64,000 nucleotides of DNA from NCBI GenBank assembly GCA_910588015.1, contig CAJUOK010000003.1:79742-143741 (forward strand), in the 5' to 3' direction. Source of the DNA: an uncultured Christensenellaceae bacterium. GTDB lineage: Bacteria > Bacillota > Clostridia > Christensenellales > UBA3700. The position numbers and the translations under genes are program-made. The notes below the pieces were generated by a model. It did no database searches. It saw only the letters and a program-made list of their open reading frames with translations, and was not told the DNA's origin. This document shows, one piece after another, positions 37,112 through 44,187 of the stretch; position 1 is the first letter of the stretch, and each line of letters starts with the position of its first letter.

Positions 37112-37133
37112 GTTTCGCAGATTTTTGCGAACC
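37112..37133. promoter_or_regulatory. Conserved inverted repeat (operator candidate, copy 2), upstream of and close to a minus-strand TATAAT at 37088-37093
   Basis: Plus strand GTTTCGCAGATTTTTGCGAACC. It lies about 18 nt upstream of the -10 element in front of the sigma-like gene. Confidence 0.5.
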
Positions 37134-37197
37134 TTTTTACGATTAAATTGTAGCCTGTAAAATGTCCGCTTTTGTCCGCTTTTTACTTTGCACCCTA

Positions 37198-37264
37198 GAA
37201 AACAAAAAAGGCTACCGACAAACGATAGACTCCCTCTCTGGGAATTCTCGTTCATCGGTAGCCT
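37198..37264 (-). terminator. Long hairpin terminator after the 65-aa Zn-ribbon gene
   Basis: GGCUACCGA...UCGGUAGCC followed by UUUUUUGUUUUC on the minus strand. Confidence 0.7.
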
Positions 37265-37389
37265 CTCAAATAATCTTTGGATAAACCTTAAACCGCCTTA
37301 TTGCATAGTATCCGCTGGGTTTATACTTGTCCCTATTTCAGACCGACCATCGTCCTGTTGCAACGTTTTTTATTAAATTGTGATTTCCG

Positions 37390-37587
37390 TTATTGAATTA
37401 ATACTTCGCCTTCGGGTGCGAATATGTCCATTTGAACGTGTCTTCGGCTCATCACTTTTGAAACCGTCATTGTCTTGCATCTAGGACACACCCACTTGGC
37501 TTTTCCTTCAGCGTCCCGCCACACGATGATTTTTTGATGGCAATTCGGACACTCCGTTTCGACTGGTTTACAGCCATACTTCTGCAT
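37390..37587 (-). CDS. Small double-CxxC zinc-ribbon protein
   Basis: CPNC...CPRC; GGAGGG RBS; its own TGgTATAAT extended -10 near 37705-37713. Confidence 0.6.
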   Translation of the reverse strand: MQKYGCKPVETECPNCHQKIIVWRDAEGKAKWVCPRCKTMTVSKVMSRRHVQMDIFAPEGEVLIQ

Positions 37588-37732
37588 TAAACTACCCTCC
37601 TTGTCCCTGTAGTACGAACGATTGATTTTATCAAACTTTCTTGCGTGGTCGGGACTTCCAACGCTAAAGTAAGACTTCTTTCGTACCTGATATGATTATA
37701 CCATAGCAACGGGGCATTTGCTTAAATGGTAT

Positions 37733-37915
37733 TCATTTTACTTGTGCAACCAACTGCTGCGGTGTCAGGAGGGGAATTCTAACAGGTCGCTTGAACCTTG
37801 GTACTTGCTGTTCGCTATGACAGCTCTCGCAGATGTACCTACCCTCCGTCTCGTAAAGATAAAGGTTTTTGTTTTCCGTTCCACACTTTGGACACTTCAC
37901 GTCAAATTGCTCCAC
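37733..37915 (-). CDS. Small zinc-ribbon protein
   Basis: CPKC...CESC; 60 aa. Confidence 0.55.
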   Translation of the reverse strand: MEQFDVKCPKCGTENKNLYLYETEGRYICESCHSEQQVPRFKRPVRIPLLTPQQLVAQVK

Positions 37916-38159
37916 GCTTCTTTACCTCCGTACTTCGTTTTGCTATGTCTATAATCCGCGCATCGGCTTGTCCGTTCACGCCCATTACATACAAATCCTG
38001 AACATCCTCTTGCTTGTAGTCATAGGTCAAAGCACCATTCTCTGCTTCTTTGTACCTAAACCTTAACTTGCAACCAGGGCATTGACTCCGCTTGAATCTA
38101 CGCCCAAAGTCCAGCTCCATTTTACAGCCACACCTAATACAATACTGGGTTATTTTCAT
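37902..38159 (-). CDS. Small zinc-ribbon protein
   Basis: CIRCGC...CPGC; 85 aa. Confidence 0.55.
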   Translation of the reverse strand: MKITQYCIRCGCKMELDFGRRFKRSQCPGCKLRFRYKEAENGALTYDYKQEDVQDLYVMGVNGQADARIIDIAKRSTEVKKRGAI

Positions 38160-38173
38160 TATACCACCTCCAT

Positions 38174-38494
38174 CTATGTTTCTCGCAGTTTTATGTCATA
38201 AATATTGTCGAAGTACACCTTTTCCGACCCCAACAACAGATATTTGTGTGTAAAATCAATCGCCTTCACATACCCTTTCGATACCACCTCGTGATAAGCG
38301 CGATAATGAAGGACTTCTGCTTCCATTCCAATCTCCACCCTACCGAGTATGCTTGAAATATACTCTATGGTGTCTTCGGAAAGCTCTCTCTTTTCTACGC
38401 GGTTATGCCGTTCTTCTCGTATCACCAAGGCTTCTTTTAAACCCTTCATAGCATCAAACGGCATAAATTGTTTAGCTCTTTCTTGTCGTGTCAT
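38174..38494 (-). CDS. yolD: YolD-like protein (accessory factor of Y-family polymerases in Firmicutes)
   Basis: N-terminal R...QFMPF.A..G motif; overlaps the 3' end of the polymerase gene. Confidence 0.75.
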   Translation of the reverse strand: MTRQERAKQFMPFDAMKGLKEALVIREERHNRVEKRELSEDTIEYISSILGRVEIGMEAEVLHYRAYHEVVSKGYVKAIDFTHKYLLLGSEKVYFDNIYDIKLRET

Positions 38495-39758
38495 CGTAAC
38501 CTGCCCTGTGTCCGCCTATGAAAGTATTACGCTCTCGTTGCGTTGCACCATCCATATAGTTTAGACCTCGTAATATAGCGTTCTTTCCGTATTTATCGGC
38601 TATTTCCAAGAACGCTTGCTCTCGCTTTTTTTCACGCTCGACTTCTTCAAAATCCGTAAATAAATCATACCCTTCGCACCCCTCATCACACACGGAGAAA
38701 TCTATGCCAAGTCTGCGAATTGGGGTAGTCTTGTCCGTTGTTCGCTCAAAAAGCTCTTCCACATAAGGCACTATCTTTGAGTATAGACTGGTTGTTATAA
38801 GCATCTTTTTTGAACCACCTGTACTCTCTCGACCACCATAAGTGTAACCGACATAAATGCCAACCCTATTCGTGATCACTTTTCTGCGCATCATTTCATG
38901 ACAACCGTTTAGCACCATTTCCAACATTACAACCTTCGCTTCTTCATAGGTATAGTCCTTTGGCAGAACTTGCGAGAAAGATACGGAATGGCTTTTGCTA
39001 TGGTAGTTTTTGATGTCCTTGATTAAGCACGGCTCTCTACCCCATGCGTGGTCGATGAGCAGTTCTGCGTTAACGCCGAAAACCTTGTACAATAAGTCCG
39101 TTGGTGCTTTCGCTATATGCTCCATATCGTTAATTCCATATCTGACAAGTCTGCGCTCTGTACCACTTGCTATCTGCCAAAAATCGGTTATTGGCTTATG
39201 CGTCCACAAGGTTTTTTTATACAGCTCTTCGTCCAAATAACCGATGTGGTCTTTGCTATGCTTTGCCGTGATATCCAAAGCTATCTTCGCAAGATAAAGG
39301 TTCGTCCCTATCCCGGCGGTAGATGGTATCCGCTTTTTATAAGCAATTTCGTTCATCAGCTTTTTGGCGAAAGAAACTGCATCTGTATTGTATAGTCCTA
39401 GGTAGTCCGTAACGTCGATGAACGACTCGTCAATCGAATAGACGTGAATGTCCTGGGGGTCAAAATAGTTAAGATAGATTTCGTAAATGTCCGCTGCGTA
39501 GTCAATATACAACTGCATACGCGGCAACGCACGGATGAAATCAATGTTCTTCGGTATTTCCGACATTCTGCATCGATTCTTAATTCCTTGCGCTTTCATC
39601 TTCGGCGTAATGGCAAGGCATAAAGCATTCTTCCCACGGGTTTCGTCCACAACAGCAAGGTTGGTTTCAAAAGGATTCAACCCACGCTCCGCACACTCTA
39701 CGCTTGCGTAGAATGTCTTCATGTCTATGCAGAAATATAATCTCTGCTTGTCCGCCAT
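38472..39758 (-). CDS. Y-family (UmuC/UvrX/DinB-like) translesion DNA polymerase
   Basis: N-terminal FCIDMKTFYASVE motif; 428 aa. Confidence 0.85.
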   Translation of the reverse strand: MADKQRLYFCIDMKTFYASVECAERGLNPFETNLAVVDETRGKNALCLAITPKMKAQGIKNRCRMSEIPKNIDFIRALPRMQLYIDYAADIYEIYLNYFDPQDIHVYSIDESFIDVTDYLGLYNTDAVSFAKKLMNEIAYKKRIPSTAGIGTNLYLAKIALDITAKHSKDHIGYLDEELYKKTLWTHKPITDFWQIASGTERRLVRYGINDMEHIAKAPTDLLYKVFGVNAELLIDHAWGREPCLIKDIKNYHSKSHSVSFSQVLPKDYTYEEAKVVMLEMVLNGCHEMMRRKVITNRVGIYVGYTYGGRESTGGSKKMLITTSLYSKIVPYVEELFERTTDKTTPIRRLGIDFSVCDEGCEGYDLFTDFEEVEREKKREQAFLEIADKYGKNAILRGLNYMDGATQRERNTFIGGHRAGYDDTTRKS

Positions 39759-39770
39759 TAGCCACCGCCT

Positions 39771-40373
39771 TTAAATTAAATCTTTCAAAACCTTAACTGC
39801 TACTCCTTGAACTGACAGCTCGTCCACATAAATGTCTTTCAGCGTTTCGTTCTCGGGGTGCAGATAATAACGCTGTCTACGTTCGTTGAACTCTAACCGC
39901 TTGAGCGTGTTTTCGTTTTCAACGAGCGCAACTACTATATCCCCAACTTCTGCGGTTTGTTGCTGCCTTATAAGCACAAGGTCACCATCGTCTATTCCCG
40001 CATCCACCATTGAGTTTCCGCTTGCCTTCAAGAGATAAAACTTCCCTTGACCTATCATCGACTCTGGAAGCCGTATGTACCCCTCTATGCATTCTTCGCA
40101 CTCGGTTAAGGGGCCACAAGGAACAGCGCCTACGATTGCCACGGAACGCATCGCTCGGTCTGTCATTGCAAGAGCATTTGACTCGTAGCCGTTCCGTCCC
40201 CGTGAAATCCGCCCTTCCAAAACAAGTGTCTGAATGTACCGATGCGTGTTCGTTGGACTGATGCCTAGCTCGTCTGCGATGTCTCGCACCGTGGGACCGT
40301 AACCATGCTTATCGCAGCACTCCTCTATGTATTCCTGTATGCGCTCCAACAACTCTTGATTTTTAGTTCTCAT
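39771..40373 (-). CDS. lexA: LexA-type repressor (winged HTH plus S24 self-cleaving peptidase)
   Basis: GPTVRDIADELGISPTNTHRYIQ HTH; SGNSM catalytic Ser; downstream LKRL Lys; its own promoter carries two GAAC-N4-GTTC boxes. Confidence 0.85.
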   Translation of the reverse strand: MRTKNQELLERIQEYIEECCDKHGYGPTVRDIADELGISPTNTHRYIQTLVLEGRISRGRNGYESNALAMTDRAMRSVAIVGAVPCGPLTECEECIEGYIRLPESMIGQGKFYLLKASGNSMVDAGIDDGDLVLIRQQQTAEVGDIVVALVENENTLKRLEFNERRQRYYLHPENETLKDIYVDELSVQGVAVKVLKDLI

Positions 40374-40394
40374 CTGTACCTCTCTTTTCTAAAA

Positions 40395-40408
40395 GGAACA
40401 GCCGTTCC
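40395..40408. promoter_or_regulatory. LexA (Cheo-type) box GGAACAGCCGTTCC
   Basis: Perfect GAAC-N4-GTTC palindrome between the promoter and the lexA-like start. Confidence 0.7.
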
Positions 40409-40423
40409 GTTTAGAGTACCGTT

Positions 40424-40452
40424 ATTATACTACTCGAACATTTGTTTGTCAA
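40424..40452 (-). promoter_or_regulatory. Consensus promoter TTGACA-N17-TATAAT of the lexA-polY-yolD operon
   Basis: Minus strand TTGACAaacaaatgttcgagtagTATAAT. Confidence 0.8.
40435..40448. promoter_or_regulatory. LexA (Cheo-type) box CGAACATTTGTTTG inside the promoter spacer
   Basis: Matches the Firmicutes consensus CGAAC-N4-GTTYG apart from the last position. Confidence 0.7.
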
Positions 40453-40632
40453 TAGCTAGGTGTCATAGTTTTATGACTTTGAAAAAAAATTTTTAAAGTG
40501 ATCGAATTCGACCAGGTTTTTGTAACCCCCTTTTTACGCTTATATTGTAAGAACTTACTCCTCTCTTGGTACTCTTAGAGAGAGGGGGTTAACACCCAAT
40601 GCAGTATATATAGGAGACTTGTGTCCCCCAAG

Positions 40633-40708
40633 TTACTCTTTAAGTGAAAACCCCGCCCCCTCTTACTCTTTAAGTGTAAGGGGGTTACCCCTTTTTACTC
40701 TTTAGGTA
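40633..40708 (+). repeat. Three direct 14-nt repeats TTACTCTTTA(A/G)GT(G/A), spaced 30 and 32 nt apart, each preceded by a C-run
   Basis: Copies at 40633-40646, 40663-40676 and 40695-40708; degenerate copy GTACTCTTAGAGAG at 40569-40582. Confidence 0.85.
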
Positions 40709-40712
40709 GAAA

Positions 40713-40746
40713 CCACTGCTTCGGCGGTGGCTTTTATAATTTTTTT
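40713..40746 (+). terminator. Hairpin plus T-run immediately upstream of the 40762 ORF (terminator or attenuator candidate)
   Basis: CCACTGC-TTCG-GCGGTGG followed by CTTTTATAATTTTTTT. Confidence 0.5.
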
Positions 40747-40761
40747 AAGGAGCATATCTTT

Positions 40762-41142
40762 ATGCAAAATTTCTCTTTTCTTGACCAGTTGCTTGAAACC
40801 TACAAGGCTTTGATGCCGAAAACCGTGTACCTTGTGAAAAACAAAAAACGGTATGACGAAGCGGTAAAAGCTATCTGCGAAATCGCCTCGTGCGCTGTGG
40901 ATGCGGACAGCGATGCCAAGGTCAAAGTATCCCTCGACCCCCTCGCGGGTTCTTCACTGTGCTTGGAAGTTACCACTTCCTTGATAATCGTGGACTTGCT
41001 CGACAAGTTCTGCGCTGCGTTGAAAAAAGCAAACAACATTGAAGTGTACGCCAGAACGGACGGATTGATAAACTTCAACGTTGTCTTTGAGGACGCTTTC
41101 GTTGCCGCTCCCCCTTTCAGCAGCAAGGAGGTGAGACAATGA
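40762..41142 (+). CDS. Hypothetical protein
   Basis: AAGGAG RBS at 9 nt; ATGA-coupled to the next gene. Confidence 0.55.
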   Translation: MQNFSFLDQLLETYKALMPKTVYLVKNKKRYDEAVKAICEIASCAVDADSDAKVKVSLDPLAGSSLCLEVTTSLIIVDLLDKFCAALKKANNIEVYARTDGLINFNVVFEDAFVAAPPFSSKEVRQ

Positions 41143-41489
41143 ACACGGCAGTTACAAAGCACAGCGTTGAAAAAGCAAAAGAAAGACTCGGCGTCAACAA
41201 AAAGAACGCCGAGAAAAGAATCAACGATGCCCTTCGCCGGGGCAAGACTGCCGAGGACTTTTCCTCGTGGGAACGCTCGTTCCTTGAGCAAGAAGGTAAA
41301 GGTGGATGCCGTGCAGTTGCGTACAACGGTTTCTGCTACATAATCAGTCCCTTAGCCACTTGCGTTACCCTTTACCCGCTTCCTTCTTGGTTCGGACGAA
41401 AGAAGCATTTTGACGGAAAGGAAAAAATCCGCAACCCCAAAAAGTACAATAAAATCCACCTTACGGCGGATGCTAGGAGCGTATTATGA
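41139..41489 (+). CDS. Hypothetical basic protein
   Basis: AAGGAGGTG RBS; coupled on both sides. Confidence 0.55.
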   Translation: MNTAVTKHSVEKAKERLGVNKKNAEKRINDALRRGKTAEDFSSWERSFLEQEGKGGCRAVAYNGFCYIISPLATCVTLYPLPSWFGRKKHFDGKEKIRNPKKYNKIHLTADARSVL

Positions 41490-41662
41490 AAAACGATGAC
41501 TTCAACATTTGGCGCGACCTTTTCGGTTCCCACGACATGGACTTTGACGGGGACGTCGATTTTGAGGATGTTGACCTTGAAGATGACATCTTTGACGAAA
41601 CCGAGCGCAAGCTACACCCCCACATATCTTTTGATTTCGATGATGATGACGATGACTTTTAA
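41486..41662 (+). CDS. 58-aa hyper-acidic protein with an EF-hand-like DxDxDG loop (below the ORF-track size cutoff)
   Basis: ATGA overlap with the upstream stop; AGGAG RBS. Sequence MKNDDFNIWRDLFGSHDMDFDGDVDFEDVDLEDDIFDETERKLHPHISFDFDDDDDDF. Confidence 0.55.
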   Translation: MKNDDFNIWRDLFGSHDMDFDGDVDFEDVDLEDDIFDETERKLHPHISFDFDDDDDDF

Positions 41663-41665
41663 CGA

Positions 41666-41694
41666 TTGACATTTCACTTGGCTTTGTGTATAAT
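41666..41694 (+). promoter_or_regulatory. Consensus promoter TTGACA-N17-TATAAT with no ORF behind it
   Basis: TTGACAtttcacttggctttgtgTATAAT. Confidence 0.75.
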
Positions 41695-41700
41695 AAACAT

Positions 41701-41887
41701 AGAGCATTCGTCCTCACTGCAGTGTTAGGACTGTTATTGGACGGATTGCTCTGCTTCTGTCGGTATAGCCAAGAGGTCGTATCGTCGGGCGAATAACCCG
41801 AAGCTGTTGGTTAGACTCCAACTGCCACTATATCGACTACTTTGTAAAGTTCCACCCAGGGCAATATTGCCCTGGGTGTTTTCTTTT
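41701..41887 (+). ncRNA. Candidate structured small RNA of about 185 nt, family unknown
   Basis: Runs from the consensus promoter to a perfect 13-bp palindromic terminator (41853-41878) plus a T-run. No ATG and no RBS. Several 5-7 bp hairpins. Confidence 0.5.
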
Positions 41888-41890
41888 GCT

Positions 41891-42166
41891 TTATAGGCTC
41901 TTTATGTATTCGCTGAACTTTACCTTGCGCACGTTTGCATATTGTGGCGCTATCCAAGCGAACATAGCAACATTGGCGAGTTTGCCATCAGCGTGAATAG
42001 ACAAATGGAAAAAGTCCGTTCCTTTACGCGGTTTGATTTCTTCACCGTTTAACCAAACACACCCAAGGTCTTTCGCCCACTGAAGGAACTTCCGCCCCTC
42101 CTTCTTCATATCCAATAACTCAAACCAAACGCACGATTCGCTGCCGCATACATCCTTGTAAGTCAT
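41891..42166 (-). CDS. Hypothetical protein
   Basis: 91 aa; AGGAGG RBS. Confidence 0.5.
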   Translation of the reverse strand: MTYKDVCGSESCVWFELLDMKKEGRKFLQWAKDLGCVWLNGEEIKPRKGTDFFHLSIHADGKLANVAMFAWIAPQYANVRKVKFSEYIKSL

Positions 42167-42202
42167 TTTTAATTCCTCCTATGATTATTCCATAAAGAGG
42201 TC

Positions 42203-42229
42203 AAAAAAACTCCCATCGTACAATGGGAG
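42203..42229 (-). terminator. Rho-independent terminator
   Basis: Minus strand CUCCCAU-UGUACG-AUGGGAG followed by UUUUUUU. Confidence 0.65.
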
Positions 42230-42422
42230 AATTATAGCGTTATTATTCTACCCATCGTTCAGCCTTTAGCACCTTTCCTTTCGGTAGGTTGCTGTGCGGT
42301 CATAGGGGCTGTCCCTTACGCACTCTTTATGGTGGTTTTATTATACTTGATTTAGACTTCGCTGTCAAATAAAAGGTGTCGTACTTTTAAGTCAACTATT
42401 CTAAAAATTCGAATAGTTGAGC

Positions 42423-42656
42423 TTAATCAGTCACTTCATCAAAAATGGGGTCATCAAAAAACTCCTTAAGGCTCACTCCCATGGTTGACAAAATGTCATA
42501 TAGCAAATTTAACATTACTTTATTTTGTTTATGATTAAGCAAGTTCGACAGTGTTGATTTAGCTATTCCACCATCTCTATTCAAACTATATAAAGAGGCA
42601 TTTTTGTCTTTCATAATGGTCTCAAGTCTAATTAAAACAGCATCTATGAGCTTCAT
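42423..42656 (-). CDS. XRE-family HTH repressor
   Basis: NASLYSLNRDGGIAKSTLSNLLN HTH; divergent from the surface-protein gene. Confidence 0.7.
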   Translation of the reverse strand: MKLIDAVLIRLETIMKDKNASLYSLNRDGGIAKSTLSNLLNHKQNKVMLNLLYDILSTMGVSLKEFFDDPIFDEVTD

Positions 42657-42672
42657 TTTACATCTCCCATCG

Positions 42673-42741
42673 GTTCAATAGACTGAACTACCCTCACATT
42701 ATAGAGTATTACCTAATAATTATGGGTTCAGCCGACTGAAC
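42673..42741. promoter_or_regulatory. Operators O1 (42673-42688) and O2 (42726-42741): GTTCA-N6-TGAAC
   Basis: GTTCAATAGACTGAAC and GTTCAGCCGACTGAAC. Confidence 0.6.
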
Positions 42742-42854
42742 TGCTTTTCGCTATAGAGCTATCCACCGTAAAGCTAAAAAAAGATGACGAAATAATTCGC
42801 CATCGAATTTACTTTTCTAATGAACCGAAGCAATCTCACACTGCTATAAAATGG

Positions 42855-42883
42855 TTGAATTATTTTATTACAAGTTGTATAAT
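42855..42883 (+). promoter_or_regulatory. Promoter TTGAAT-N17-TATAAT of the surface-protein gene
   Basis: Read directly on the plus strand; O3 follows immediately. Confidence 0.65.
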
Positions 42884-42884
42884 A

Positions 42885-42900
42885 GTTCGGTGTACTGAAC
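42885..42900. promoter_or_regulatory. Operator O3 GTTCGGTGTACTGAAC, just downstream of the -10 element
   Basis: Same half-sites as O1 and O2. Confidence 0.6.
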
Positions 42901-42917
42901 CATATAGGAGATTAATT

Positions 42918-44153
42918 ATGATTCGTATTAAGAAACATTTAATAGTTTTATTACTCCTTAGTATCCTTGCGACTCTATCTGTTCTCTCTATGTCCACTAC
43001 CTTTGTCGCAAATGCGATGAGCGATGATTGGTATCCGCCGACTTGCGAATGCAGTTTCGGTGAGTCCTCCGCGACCCTAGCTTCAAAATCAACTGCTATA
43101 AACTATGGCAACGGAACAGCATCTTTGACCACAACCTATATATTCTCCGCTTCTACGCCCACCGAGCTAACTTGCACTCTCCCTGTCTTTTGTAGGCAAT
43201 TTGAACTTTCAACTTACGAAGCCTCTTTACGGTTAAACGGCTCCATAGTTACCCCCGGCTATGGTTACGGGAGTCTCGCGGCGCGATTCTTTGGATGTGA
43301 AACATACTCCGATGTCCTTTCGCTGCGAGAAACATTATCCGAATTAGATTCGAGTATAATGGTTCATCGGTTCATCGTTTCTGCCACGGAGGACACTAGC
43401 TTTTCTTTTTCTCTTCAAGAAAAAGACCATATCATGCACTCTTTTGGTCGACATTCTTATTCCTCTAATACTCGATTATTTGAAGTAAACATTACCCCCA
43501 ATTTTCCTGGTTCTTTCCTAGTCTTCGGCAACAAACCAACCCTTGATACCACCGAATTCTGCAAAGTAGATTATACCGAACTGACACTGAATGAATATAT
43601 AAGCGAGTCAGTTGAATTCCTAACAGAGATGACGAACGGCTATGACTGCACAGACATCGTCACGCATAGACTGAACGAATTTCTTTCATCCAACAATCGT
43701 ATTTCTGATGACCTTTTTCTTGACAGTGTTTCACTGTCCACATATGGTTTTCTTGACTATACACTTCCGCTTCCCGTGGGTGAATCTACAATAGTAGTCG
43801 AACAACCGATGGCGGTTGGATTGAACAGTCTCTTTACCCCTAGAGTATATGTTGGTAAGATTTATGCCCCGGCACAAACCGCTCCTCTGTCATTCTCCGT
43901 AACAACCGAGCAATTTGTTGTTGATTCCACGCTTACACTGAAAAATAATGCTTACAGCGGAGATGCATCAGAATCGATTACGATTGCATTTTGCGAAGTC
44001 CAAAACCCAGACCTCGTCAATGATGCTGCGCCAGTCAAATGGGAACCTTGGCGCATTGCCGTGGTCAGCGTTTGCGGTGTCATAGGTTTAGCAAGTATAG
44101 TCACATTTTTGGTTTTCGTAGTTCCTTGGAAAAAAATCAAAAGACGAAAATAA
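42918..44153 (+). CDS. Secreted, C-terminally membrane-anchored protein of unknown function
   Basis: Start reset to MIRIKKHLIVLLLLSILATLSVLS...ANA (signal peptide; AGGAGA RBS). C-terminal TM WRIAVVSVCGVIGLASIVTFLVFVV followed by KKIKRRK. Confidence 0.6.
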   Translation: MIRIKKHLIVLLLLSILATLSVLSMSTTFVANAMSDDWYPPTCECSFGESSATLASKSTAINYGNGTASLTTTYIFSASTPTELTCTLPVFCRQFELSTYEASLRLNGSIVTPGYGYGSLAARFFGCETYSDVLSLRETLSELDSSIMVHRFIVSATEDTSFSFSLQEKDHIMHSFGRHSYSSNTRLFEVNITPNFPGSFLVFGNKPTLDTTEFCKVDYTELTLNEYISESVEFLTEMTNGYDCTDIVTHRLNEFLSSNNRISDDLFLDSVSLSTYGFLDYTLPLPVGESTIVVEQPMAVGLNSLFTPRVYVGKIYAPAQTAPLSFSVTTEQFVVDSTLTLKNNAYSGDASESITIAFCEVQNPDLVNDAAPVKWEPWRIAVVSVCGVIGLASIVTFLVFVVPWKKIKRRK

Positions 44154-44187
44154 TCACCGCAAAACGGAATTATATGACAAGTTAAAA

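Larger units (their letters stand above)
1..40452 (-). mobile_element. Temperate siphovirus-type prophage (HK97-like packaging/head module, long non-contractile tail module, replication module, LexA-type repressor). The left end is outside the window.
   Basis: Contiguous minus-strand modules for lysis, tail, head, packaging, replication and regulation, with coupled start/stop overlaps. See the individual CDS entries. Confidence 0.85.

Noticed and set aside
40569-40708. Evenly spaced short direct repeats, considered as a mini-CRISPR array.
   Set aside because: The repeats are only 14 nt long with about 16-18 nt spacers and 3-4 copies. There are no cas genes, and the flanks are C-run motifs typical of protein-binding arrays.
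41809-41819. The GGTTAGACT string is shared between the ncRNA candidate and the 55.99-kb junction repeat.
   Set aside because: A 9-nt match in AT-rich DNA is within chance expectation. It is same-sense rather than complementary.
41759-41837. A possible tRNA: a 7-bp acceptor-like stem enclosing two 5-bp/7-nt-loop hairpins.
   Set aside because: There is no proper D-arm. The putative anticodon loop has G at position 33. The T-loop reads TTAGACT rather than TTCRANN, and 8 extra nt separate the T-arm from the acceptor strand. I kept it only as part of the ncRNA candidate.
42855-42917. The upstream extension of the surface-protein ORF (MNYFITSCIIVRC...).
   Set aside because: It begins at a non-ATG codon inside the promoter/operator region. 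The ATG at 42918 has an AGGAGA RBS and yields a canonical signal peptide.
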